A DNA stretch of 64,000 nt from Vicugna vicugna (taxonomy: Eukaryota), in the NCBI GenBank assembly GCA_013265495.1, contig MU057865.1:1-64000 (forward strand), read 5' to 3'. The notes under the pieces are model-generated. The model was not told the DNA's origin. It made no database searches and worked only from the letters and a program-made list of their open reading frames with translations. This document shows, piece after piece, positions 11,478 to 22,862 of the stretch. The position numbers were made by a program, and so were the translations under genes. Every line of letters begins with the position of its first letter. The first letter of the stretch is position 1.

Positions 11478-12041
11478 AGGTTATCCATTTTATTGGCACA
11501 TAATTGTTCACATTAATGTCTTATGATCCTTTGTATCTCCGTGGTGTCATTTGTAACTTCTCCTCTTTAATTTCTGATTTTATTTATTTGGGCCATCTCT
11601 CTTTTTTTATAAGTCTGGATAAAGCTTTATCAATTTTGTCCATTTTTCTTTTTTTCAAAGAAACTGCCCTGACTTTCATTGATCTTTTCTATTGTTTTTT
11701 TTTTCAGTCTGTATTTGATTTATTTATGCTCTGATCTTTTTCATTTCTTTCCTTCTACTAGTTTTGGTTTCCTTGTCCTTTTTTCTAGTTCCTTTCAGTG
11801 TAAGGTTGGGTTGTTTATTTGAGATTTCTCTTGTTTCCTGAAGTTTCTCTAAAGTCCCTCCCACAACTGCGTTTGCTGTGTCCCATGGATTTTCTCCAAA
11901 TATGTTTTTATTTCTTTTTTTATTTTCTCCATGACTTATTGGTTGGTTAGCATATTGCTTATCCTCCATATGTTTATGTTTTTTGCAGTTTTTCTCTTGT
12001 AGCTGGTTTCTAGTCTCATGTCATTTTGATCAGAAAAGATG
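11478..12041 (-). mobile_element. LINE-1 ORF2 fragment (just downstream of the endonuclease domain)
   Basis: Minus-strand translations IFSDQNDMRLETSYKRKTAKNINIWRISNMLTNQ and NPWDTANAV match the L1 ORF2 motifs SDHNG..LE and NLWD.AKAV. Confidence 0.9.
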
Positions 12042-12070
12042 TGTGTTTGTGTGTGTGTGTGTGTGTGTGT
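12040..12070. repeat. (TG)n microsatellite at the L1 inversion junction
   Basis: Read directly from the sequence; one TT interruption. Confidence 0.95.
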
Positions 12071-12210
12071 ATAGACTATTCCATCCCAAAGCAGTAGAAT
12101 ACACATTCTTTTCAAGTATATGTAGAGCATCTCCTAGGATAGAACACGTTATGCCACAACCAAGACCCAACAGAATTAAGAAGATGAAATTGTATCAAGC
12201 ATCCTTTCTG
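12070..12210 (+). mobile_element. LINE-1 ORF2 endonuclease-domain fragment, inverted relative to its neighbours
   Basis: YRLFHPKAVEYTFFSSICRASPRIEHV matches the L1 EN motif YR.FHP...EYTFFSS.HGT.SRIDH. Confidence 0.9.
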
Positions 12211-12478
12211 GCTCAGGACCCCTGGACTTGGAAGCCTGATGAAGGGGTGGACCCTTCCCTCCTTGGGAAGAAACCCTGCAATTGTGACTATTCCCCTGTT
12301 CATGGTTCACCTACCCATGGGTGGGTCTTGACTATATTGTTTATGCCCCTCCTACCCATCTTGCTGTGGTTCCTTCTTTCTGTCTTTAGTTGTGGAAGAT
12401 CTTTTCTACTAGTCTTCAGGGTGTTCACTTAGATAGTCACTCTGTAAATAGTTATAATTTTGGTGTCCTCGTGGGAGT
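12211..12478 (-). mobile_element. Probable LINE-1 5' UTR fragment (older laurasiatherian L1)
   Basis: gcccctcctacccatcttgctgtggttccttcttt...gttgtggaagatcttttctactagtcttcagg...ctctgtaaatagttataattttggtgt resembles the antisense of recalled L1M 5' ends. Confidence 0.65.
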
Positions 12479-13534
12479 CCCTGTCTTTCAATGTGGCTTT
12501 CTTAGAAGCTATCACTGACTAGCAATAAAAGTCACTTAGAAGCATAAGCTTGACTGTGGAAGTGATTAAAAAGAATAGGCAGTCAAGATGGATCTCAGGC
12601 TGCATTATTGAAGAATTTTTAGTACCATAGACTCAGCAATTAAAAGGGACAAATCACGGCCCTCAGGAGCTTCTGAATGGCAATACGGAGACTCCACATT
12701 ACTGACTCTTCAAACAGAACCAACGACCTAGAATGGACAATTCTAGAATCTCGGGGTAAGGGACACTTGCTCAAAAGTCATCTTCTTCTACTTCATTTAT
12801 ACCTGAGCTCCCTTTGTCTAGGGAGCCAGAACTTTTTTTTTTCCTAAATTAGAAATGCGGCTGAAATGGCAGTTGAGCTGGGGACCATAAACAAGAGATT
12901 AAATGTAGCCTTTGAGGTACATGATTGCTTTTACCCTTTGCTAAGGAATAGATTTTCAAGGAGGGAGCAAGGAAGTGTGAGGGAACGGAGACTATGAATT
13001 GGTGAAGAAAGGAGTATGGCATACCCAAAATAAATGCCACCTGAACACATCACTGGATTCAATTTTCCAAAATTTTATTGAGGACTTTTGTGTCTAAGTT
13101 CATGAGAAACATCATTGTCTTTTCTTTTCAAATAGTTTGTGTGTGTGTGTTTGTGTGCTTGTCAGATTCTGTTATCAAGTTAATACTGATCTCATAGAAT
13201 AAGAAAAGTATTCTCTCTTCACCCATTTTCTGGAAAAGATTATACAATTCATGTTAATTCTTTGTTGAACATTTGATGAAAGTCTCCGCTAAACACCGTG
13301 GAAGTAGGGATTTCTTTTTAGGTGGCTGTACAATTACAAATTCAATTATCTTATAAATTATGGGACTATTCAAAATATCCATTTCATATTTGTGAGTCAA
13401 AATAGCTTGTATTCTTGAGGAATTGGTAGCATCCATTGAAGTTATCAAATACATTTGTAGAGGTAGTTGTAGCAATCTCTGATTGTCCTTTTAATGTCTT
13501 CATGGTCTGTGATTATGCCCTCTGTTTCATTCTT

Positions 13535-14096
13535 TTTTTTTTTTTGAATTTTATTACCTGTATAGGTTAATTTATTTTTTTAACATTTTTTATTGATTTA
13601 TGATCATTTTACAATGTTGTGTCAAATTCCAGTGTTCAGCACAATTTTTCAGTCATTCATGGACATATACACACATTTTTTTTCTGTGAGTTATCATAAC
13701 ATTTTGTGTATATTTCCCTGTGCTATACAGTGTAATCTTGTTTATCTATTCTACAATTTTGAAATCCCAGTCTATCCCTTCCCACCCTCTACCCCCCTGG
13801 TAACCACAAGTCTGTATTCTCTGTCCATGAGTCTATTTCTGTCCTGTATTTATGCTTTGTTTTTGTTTGTTTGTTTTTGTTTTTGTTTTTTAGATTCCAC
13901 ATATGAGCGATCTCATATGGTATTTTTCTTTCTCTTTCTGGTTTACTTCACTTAGAATGACATTCTCTAGGAGCATCCATGTTGCTGCAAATGGCATTAA
14001 GCTGCAAATGATGTTGTCAGTTTTTATGGCTGAGTAGTATTCCATTGTATAAATATACCACATCTTCTTTATCCAGTCACCTGTTGATGGACATTT
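13535..14096 (-). mobile_element. Young lineage-specific L1, 5'-truncated, with a 3' transduction
   Basis: Near-identical to the L1 at 52219-53033. Perfect 12-bp TSD tgtttcattctt at 13523-13534 and 14097-14108. Confidence 0.95.
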
Positions 14097-15329
14097 TGTT
14101 TCATTCTTGATATGAGTTAATTTATATGTAAGCTCTCTTTTGTTCTTTGTCAGTATTGCTACAGATTTGTCAATTGTATTAAGCTTTTCAAAAAAAAAGC
14201 TCTTTTTAAATTGATTTTATATATATATATTTTTTATTTTTCATTTCCAATTTCATTGATTTCTGCTCTGATCTTTATTATTTCCTCCCTTCCTCTTGCT
14301 TTAAGTTTATTTATTTTGCTTTCCTTATTCTGGGTTTTTGAAATAGGTGCTTAAATTATTGATCTGAGATTTTTTTTTCTTCCCTTATTTAAGCATTTAA
14401 AGGTAACATTTTTCATCTCAGCACCGCTTTAGCTGTGCCCCACAAATTTTGATAAATTGTATTTCTACTTTAATTCAGTTCAATATACTTTTTATTTCCC
14501 TCAAGACATTATTCAGAGATTTGTTGTTTAGTTCCCAAGCATTTGGAGATTTTCCTGTGGTCCTTCTGTTACTGACTTCTAATTTTATTTGTGTTCAGAG
14601 AACATACAGTGGATGATTTTAATTCCTTTGAATTTGTGGAGATTTGTTGTACAGTTCAGGATGTGGTCTACCTTGGTGTCTGTGCTGTGGGTGCTTGAAA
14701 AGGATGTTTATCTGTTCTCACTGGGTGAATTGCACTATAAATATTATTTAGCTCTTGTTGGTCTGTGATGCTGTGGAGTGCTTGTGTATCTTTGCTGATT
14801 TCATATCTAGTTGTTCCACCCATTGTTGATACAGGACCGTTGATGCACAGCTAATACCATTGTGGATTTGTCTATTTCTTCTTTCAGTTTCTGTTTTATG
14901 TATTTCGTGACTGATGTTTAATACAAATGCATTTAGGGTTTCTGTGATTTCTTAGTGTGTCCCCTACTTTATCGAATACAAATACAGCTATTCTTTATTT
15001 TGATTAATGTTTATATAATATATCTTTTCCCCCATATTTTACATTTAACTCGCCTATGTCCTATATCTGAAGTGAGTTTCTCGTAGACAGCATGTAGTTG
15101 AGTGATGTCTTCTTAATCAACTCTGCCGATGCCTGTCCTTTAATTGATGTATCAATATCATTTACATTCAATGCATGGTACCTCTTTGGCTGGGACCGGT
15201 AAAACTGCTTTGTTGCTGGTTCCCATGCTGTCTCTGCTGACACCACAGGGTGGAAGGGGGTGGCCTCATTACTTCTGGGGTGTGATAAAGGTTTTGACTC
15301 TCCACTAGGCCTCCCCTGACAACAACCCA

Positions 15330-15678
15330 ATTGTGTGTCCTCCCAAAATTTATATGTTGAATCCCTAATCCTCAATGTGGTGGCCTTTGGAGATGGGGAC
15401 TTTGGGAGGTAATCAAGTCAAGGGCAGGGGCTCTGGTCTGTTGAATTAGTGCCCTTATCTGAAGGGACACCAGAGAGCTTGCCCTCTCTCTCTCCACCAT
15501 GTGAGAACACAACATGAAGGCAGCTCTCTGCAAGCCAGGAAGAGAGAGGTCATCAGAACGTGACCATGCTGGTGTGCTGATCTCAGATTTCCATTCTCCA
15601 GAACTGTGAGAAACAAATGTCTGCTGTTTAAGCACCAAGCCGTGGTACTTTGTTATGACAGCCTAACCAGACCAAGGC
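15330..15678 (+). mobile_element. MLT1A0-type MaLR solo LTR
   Basis: tgtgtcctcccaaaatttatatgttgaatccctaatcctcaatgtg...ccatgtgagaacacaac...ctccagaactgtgagaaacaaatgtctgctgtttaagc. Confidence 0.92.
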
Positions 15679-16364
15679 TGCAAGAGAAGGTCTCTAATTG
15701 CCATCCAGTTCCTTTAACTAGAGAAAACAGGGTTTTATCAGGGATTTTCATGGTCTGTACCCATTAGCACTCCTGGGTTGTCAGCTTCTCTAGAACCCAA
15801 TCTGAGATACATAAAATCTCAAAAAGGAAACCCAGAGACCCCACCACTCTGTCATTCTTTGTGTCCCAAGTTCCCTTGTTGGTCTTCCTTCTTCTCTCCA
15901 TCTTTCAGGGTCTTTTTAAAAATTTCTTATGTATATTATGTCCAGAATTTTCAATCATACTTAATGGGAAGAATAGATGAAAGTATATCTACTCTATCTT
16001 CCTTAATTTTTAAAAGAAATAAAGTAACTTTGCCTGTTGTTCACAAAGCTGTCTGATCTAAATTCCAGGAAGCGATCCCAGTGTACTCTGACATTGTCCC
16101 ACTATATCTGAAATGCTGAATTCCATTTTAAGACTCACATTTGCTAAATGAATGTTAATCATTAATGTACAAGAGAGGAACACAGATACTACCCCAAAGA
16201 GAATCACACTAAAAAGTCTTGTTGTAAGAGGAATGGTTGAAAGAACTAGATCTGATCAATGTGTGAGACTGTATGGGAGAGTAGGTTTGTTCTTTATAAA
16301 TCAGAGACAAATAAATTAATGGGTTCTGACTAAAGAGGCAGTTCAGGCTCAATTAAGATGATGT

Positions 16365-16622
16365 GCTAATAATAACAGTAATAGTTCAATCTGAGCATCT
16401 GATGCAGCCAGAGTGCCAGATGTTTCACATGCGGCTTCCACTTGAGTGTTACCACCACCCAGAGAGGTGGGAGCTGGTGAGTCTCCATCCTTGGAGGGGA
16501 AGGACCAAAGACGAAAGAAGCTGTATCCAAGCCCATACAACTAGTATGTAGTGCAGTCAATTTCAACCCACGTCTATCTGGCTCCAGAGCCAAGGCCATT
16601 AACTACTGCGCTCCACTGCCTC
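16365..16622 (-). mobile_element. MIR remnant
   Basis: gctaataataacagtaatag...tttcaacccacgtctatctggctccagagccaaggccattaactactgcgctccactgcctc. Confidence 0.75.
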
Positions 16623-17562
16623 CCACACGGAGCTTCTGAGCAACCGAACAGGCTACATCCAGACTCGGTAAAAACTCTCTGCTGCTGCAGAAAGAAGTCT
16701 TTCTTGGTGAGCTATGGCCTGACATCTTATGCTGAAAGGATCTTTCATTACCTTGTTCATAACAATAGGCCGGGCTAGCTACATGCTTCTCTTTTTATCT
16801 CAGTCATTTAATCATTTGAAATTAAATGAGTCAACATACACATCTGAGATACGCTGGCCTTTCTTCTCCGTGTGTCCCAGCTGGTTTATCTGAGGACTGA
16901 ATTTCTCAAGCTATGCATGACAAATACAGGGAAGCTGGTCGCTGCCAGGAAATTAGAGCAAAGAGCTGAATTTTTTCTGTTTTACCCTTTTACATCTTTC
17001 TTGTCCCGGTCGCTTTGAAGACTGTCTTCAGCTACATGCATTTTCCACTGAATGTTTCTCATCTTGTCCTGAAGGGAGGATTTTCCAAATGGAAAAAGGA
17101 GTTTTAATTATGGCAAATTTTGTTCAATTCCTGCTTTGATAGTAGTTCTTTTTAATCCTCATTCTTAGTTCCATATAAGCCGAGCAAAAACAAGTCTAAA
17201 ACTTTATGCTTAGGGTCTCCAAGTACTACGTACTTTCTTACTAGTACTAAAATGAAGTTAATATTTATTTTAAGACAGTAACTGCGTGTGTGTGTGTGTC
17301 TGTACTGCTTAGGGGAGCTAACTTTTCTGTTGGACAAAGCTAAATTTGAACTTTTTTTGGTTAATCATAAGACTTGTATCTCCTTCTCCATCTGTAAACA
17401 TTGAGATATTTGTAAGACGTCTCTCATAGATCTGCTGTGTAATAAGGGAGGTGACTTTTGTGTGTGTGCGGTGATATTAACACACCTACAGCCATACCTA
17501 ACACACCTGGGAAGCATTCCACTAATATTGGCACTCTCCCCTTTCCCCTGTCTATTATCTAC

Positions 17563-17781
17563 TTTTTTGTTTGTTTTTTATTGAGTTATAGTCAGCTTAC
17601 AATGTTGTGTCCATTTCTGGTGTACAGCACAGTGCTTCAGTCATACATGAACATACATATACTCATTTTCCTATTTTTTTCAACCTTAAGCTACCACAAG
17701 ATCGTGAATGTATTTCCCTGTGCTATACAGTATAATCTTGTTTATCTGTTCTATATAAGTCCCTGTCAGTATCTATAAATT
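17563..17781 (-). mobile_element. Lineage-specific L1 3' UTR fragment
   Basis: ttattgagttatagtcagcttacaatgttgtgtc...tatttccctgtgctatacagtataatcttgtttatct is shared with the other L1 3' ends in the window. Confidence 0.9.
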
Positions 17782-18024
17782 CATTTCTATCATCAATTTG
17801 ATGAGAAAACATTCTTTCCCATGCTTTATAATCACAAATACCTGATCAGTAAAAACAATAAATGAATGAATGAATAAATACATAAACAAACAAGCAAACA
17901 AATAAATAAATAATATTTCCAAAAAAAATCCCGAGGGAAAAAAATATTTCTAAAGAAAGTATTGGACACTTATCCAAGATGCACTTATCATCTGAGTGAA
18001 GCCCCTAATTTTCAGTCTCTAGAA

Positions 18025-18189
18025 TAACACTGTCCGATGGAACTTTCTGTTCAGTTCTGTAGCCACTAGCTACTTGTGTCTGTTGAGCGCTGGAAATGTC
18101 GCCAGGGCAGCTGAGGGACTGAGGTTTTAATTCTGTTGTAATTTTCGGTACCCACATGTGGTTAGTAACTGTGTGGTTGGACGGCACAG
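18025..18189 (+). mobile_element. MER3 hAT-Charlie DNA transposon (internally deleted)
   Basis: ctgtccgatggaactttctg...gtagccactagc...cacatgtggttagt...ttggacggcacag, with an 8-bp TSD ctctaga(a/g) at 18017-18024 and 18190-18197. Confidence 0.9.
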
Positions 18190-20951
18190 CTCTAGAGCTG
18201 ACCCCACTGCAAAGCTGATTGAGATATTTTTAAAATGCTACCGCATCTGGTGTTTCCATGGAGATGCGAGGGGCTTGCCAGCAAGTGTAGAAGCTGGGGG
18301 AGCAGCTGATCAAGCTAGGGCTCCTGTTCTCTCCTTTTAACCTCCACCCTCCAGTGTCACACTCTTTCATGCCTTAATTGCCACGCCTTCACAACATTGT
18401 TTAAGCAAGTGAAATCGGGTTAAACTAGACATCAAATAAATTATCAGATTATTCAAACAGATAGCCTAAGAGCCGACATAAAGGCTTTTTTTAAAAAGTT
18501 CTCGTTTCCTTTAACTAAAATATGGGAGAAGGAGAAAGGTGGGCTGGTGTTGCTAGCATCTATGGTGCCTTCTCAAAAAGCCCACAGGGCAATGGAGCAG
18601 GCGAAGATACCAAACTTGCAGAAGGGCACTTGCTGAGGGCAAAGGGCCAGTGAGGTCAGGCAGGCTTTGGCAGTGAGCTTGTTAATCAGGCAAGATGCAA
18701 ACACCATCATGCTTTATGTTTAGAAAGTACCTCCAGGATTCTCTGAATCTTTGTAAGCAAGAGACCCAAAGTGTCCTACATCTTGTCTGATTCTTTACTT
18801 ATATGCATCATTCAGGTTACAAAAGTGAGGTACAAAGAAATTTGTGACAGACTCAGCAGACCCTAGACTTCCTGATTCCCATTTTACCTTTGACTCACTA
18901 GCCTGACTCAACCATGAATAAGACAAGGCATCGGAAACGCCGTTGACTGATTCACTTCATGGCTGATTGCAAATGTCACTGACCTGGTTGTGTCCCGAAG
19001 TTTTATGACTACAGAACAGGGATTTTTTTTTCTCATCTATAAAGCCAAGAGATTGATGAGGAACCCTCAGAAATAACCTCGGTTTCCTTCTCGTGTCCCT
19101 AAGGCACACGTCTTGGCCATAATGCTCTTTAACAAGAAGTCCAGGTCACAGATTCAATGGTGGTGGTTCACCAAGAGAAACGCAATGTGACAAAACACGG
19201 ACTTGAGTCAGCAAAGATCTCCTGGCTAATGTGGGTGAGCACCTAACAAGGACTTCCTGCCACAGGGTTTCATAGACCATGAAGGGAGGAAATTGGCTCA
19301 TTGTTGTGGGTTGTGTGCCCTAAGTTTAGAATCAAATTACTCATGATACAGACAAAGATGTCCAGACATGGAGAAATGCCACATTACCCTCACTGTATAT
19401 TGGAGGTTACATTAATTTATGGACTGTGCCATTTCTCAAGGTCTAAGGGTTTTCAGAGGAGCGTCTCAGTAGGGTCAACTCTAGAAGTTGGTGCAAGGTC
19501 AAAGCCATGCCCTAGAAGACTTAGAAAGGCAGGAAACAACCTCCTGATAATGAAGAAAGAGAAGGCACACACACAGTCGGCTGTCCTGCTGAAGCAGATG
19601 GCCCAGCCAGTCCTACCCAAAGGAGAATGTGGTTCCACTGACATTGCCCATCGAGAAATCTGATGGAGTGTTACCAATCTCATTTAGTGACCGGGAACAC
19701 TGAACTGCAACGGGCAGTCAGTGACATTAACTATGGACATCACTGCACAGCAGCAGCTGGAAGGGAGCCAAATCTTGTTGCAAATTCTTTTTCTATTCCC
19801 AGGCTATTAAACTGAAACTAGCTGTTACATATGAAGACAGCCTTGATCCACCATACACACTAAATGATTCATTGTCTCCCAGAAGGGAGGGGACACTGTA
19901 GTTTGGCTAAATCCCCACTGTGTTCCTTTGTTCTCCTTGGGCCAATGATGCATATTTCTAAGAAATAGAAGGAGTTGGAAATGATTTTTCTCTAAGAGAA
20001 AAACAAGAAAATTAAATTAATTAAACGCATGGCATTGGTCTAATTGTCCTCACCGAATTAGCCATATACACTGCAGCTCAGACAGGGGCCAGTCGTTAGG
20101 AAAGCCCCAGGGGGGCAGAGGTGCTGGCTGACTTCTTGAACTGTTTCCAGTGGGTGGGTCTCTAATGTGACAGGATTCCAGGAAACATCTGGGAAGCCCT
20201 GGGACACAGCAACACTTCTTCTAAAAAGCCGTCTCTAAACGCTAAGGTAAAAATAGCTTTCTCTTTTCTGTGACCTGTCACTTCACATTTTACCATGGTC
20301 TAAGATTCAAAGGCCTGTGTTACATTCAGTGCTCAACTCAGCCATCCTTAGGCGTTTTGATGTCTCCTGGGGTTGCTGGATTAGTATGCAAATAGGCTAT
20401 TTTTCAGACTGCTTTAAAGGACATTTAAATGTATTTAAAGACAGTCAGCGTTAACTACATGAGAAAGGAGGGAGGGAAAAAGGAGGGAGCTTGGAATGAG
20501 ATGGGACATCCATCCCGTCACAGGAGATAGACAGTAGAGGCTAGAAATATTGAAAATCAATTTTAAGTGTTTCCTACATGGAAAATCAAAAATAGGACAT
20601 TTCATTCATCACTACTGGCCTGATTCTTTCATTCCTTGCCTGTCATTTTGACTTTGTGATTTTTTTCCCCCCCTTTTTTTGTCAAGCTGTTTTCTTCTTC
20701 ACTAAAATGAAGAAAAAGAAGCTGGCTGGATGTGGCTCCAGCCAGAAATTTCTCTGTGGAAGGGATCTCACAGGTTGTGGCTTCATCAGCATTGCCAGGT
20801 CCAGACAGACACACAGAACATGTGGGAAGTGCTGGGTCTGATTTACAAGGATGCTGCGTGGAGGTGGGGGGGCGGGCGGATCAAGCAATCAGTCAGTGAA
20901 GACATGCTCTCTCTGTTCCCCATGGAGGATCATTTAAATGTGATTTTAAAA

Positions 20952-22685
20952 AAATAGAATTTACTTTTCAGAGCAGTTTTAGGTTCACAGCAACAATGAA
21001 CACAAAATACAGACATTTCCCATACATCTCCTTTTCCCATATATGCATAGCATCCCCCATTATCAACACCTCCTCCCCACAACCAGAGTGGTACATTTGT
21101 TACAACTAATGAACCTACGTTAATACATCATTATCACCTAAAGTTCATAGTTAAACATTAGGGTTCACTCTTGATGTTACCATTCAGCGGGGTTTGACAA
21201 ATTTATAATGACGTGTATCCACCATTAGTATTTTCACATGTATCCGGAGAGTAATTTCACTGCCCTCAAAATCTCTTGAGTTCTGCCTACTCATCCTTTC
21301 ATGCCTCAACTCCTGGCCACCACACATCTTTTTACTGTCTCTATCTTTTTGCCTTTTCCACAATGTCATATAGTTGGAATCATTAAAACTGTAGTATTTT
21401 CAGATTGGCTTCTTTTACTTAGTAATATGCATTTAAGGCCCTCGTATGTCTTTTCATGGATTTCTTTTCATTTCTCATTAGTGCTGAATCACATTCCACG
21501 GCCTGTACTGTCTATTCACCTACTGAAAGACATCTCGGAAGCTTCCAAGTGTTGGCAATCATGAGCAGAGCTTCTATAAACATCTGTGTACCAATTTCTG
21601 TGGAGACATAAATTTTTAATTCCTCTGGACAAATATTAGGAGAGCAATTGCTGGATCATATAATAAGAGTATATTTAATTTTGAAAGAAACAGCCAAACT
21701 GTCTTCTCATGGAGCTGTGCCATTTTGCATCCGTACCAGCAATGAATGAGAATTTCTTCTACTTCACGTGTTCACCAGCATTTGATTTTGTCAGTAGTTT
21801 GGGCCATTCTAACAGCCGTGTAGTGGTATCTCGTTCTTTTAATTTGTAGTTCTCTGATGACATATGATGCGGAGCATCTTCTCATATGCTTATTTACAAT
21901 CTGTATCTCTTCCTTGTTGGGATCTCTAGTAAGGTTTTTGGCTCATTTTTAATCAAGTTGTTCATTTTCTTATTTTTGAGTTTTAAGAGTTCTTTTAGAT
22001 TCTGGATAACAGTTCTTTAACAAATATGTCGTTTGCATCTTTTGCAAATATTTTCTCCCAGTGTGTGGCTTGTCTTTTTATTCTCTTGACAGTGTCTTTG
22101 GCAGAGGAGAAAATTTAAATTTCAATGAGTTCCAGCTTATCAATGATTTCTTTCATGGATCATGCCTTTGGTGTGGTATTTGAAAAGTCATTGCCATATC
22201 GAAGGGCCAGCTAGATATTCTCCTATGTTATATTCTAGGGTTTTGTGGGGGTTTGTTGCCTATTTGGGTCTGTAATCCACTTTGAGTTAATTTTTGTGAA
22301 GAGTATAGAATATGTGTCTAGATCCCTTTTTTCGTATGTGGATGTCGAGTTTTCCCAGGTCCGTTTGTTGAAGAGCCTGTCTTCTCTCTGTTGGGTTGCC
22401 TTTTCTTCTTTGTCAAATATTTATGTTGGCCTATTTTTGAGCTCTCTTTTCTATTCCATTGATTTGTCTCTTCCTTTGCCAGTACAATACTGCATTGATT
22501 ACTCCAGCTTTATAATAAGTCTCAAAGTTGAGTAGTGTCAGTTCTCCAATTTCGTTCTTCTACTTCATTATTTTTTCAGCTCTTCTGGGTCTTCTGCCTC
22601 TCCACATGGGCTTTAGAATCAGTTTGCTGAAATCTGAAAAATAATTTTCTGTTGATTGGGGTTGCATTGGAACTATGGATCAGGC
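20952..22685 (-). mobile_element. L1MC1-like LINE 3' end
   Basis: agagcagttttaggttcacagcaa...ccagagtggtacatttgttacaa...cattagggttcactcttg, followed by decayed ORF2 antisense. Confidence 0.88.
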
Positions 22686-22759
22686 TTACTACAGAACCTA
22701 ATGATCAGATATTATAATTTGCATATTTCTACAAAATTATGCACATTTTACAAGGTCAT

Positions 22760-22862
22760 ATGACTTACTTTGGCCAATGGGATGTGAGAGGAAGTGTTTT
22801 TATGTCACTTCTCATCAGAAGCTTTAAGCACCAATGCAGTTTTCAGGTCTCTTTGCCTTTGT
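22760..22862 (+). mobile_element. MLT1 (F-J type) fragment
   Basis: tgacttactttggccaatgggatgtgagaggaagtg...tgtcacttc...agaagctttaag. Confidence 0.65.

Larger units (their letters stand above)
13052..16010 (-). mobile_element. Old L1M (L1MD-like) element, interrupted by a young L1 and an MLT1
   Basis: T-rich decayed ORF2 antisense (minus-frame remnants EMDILNSPI..KIIEFVI..PKKKS and LNVNDIDTSIK), followed by L1MD-like 5' sequence around the MLT1. Confidence 0.75.
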
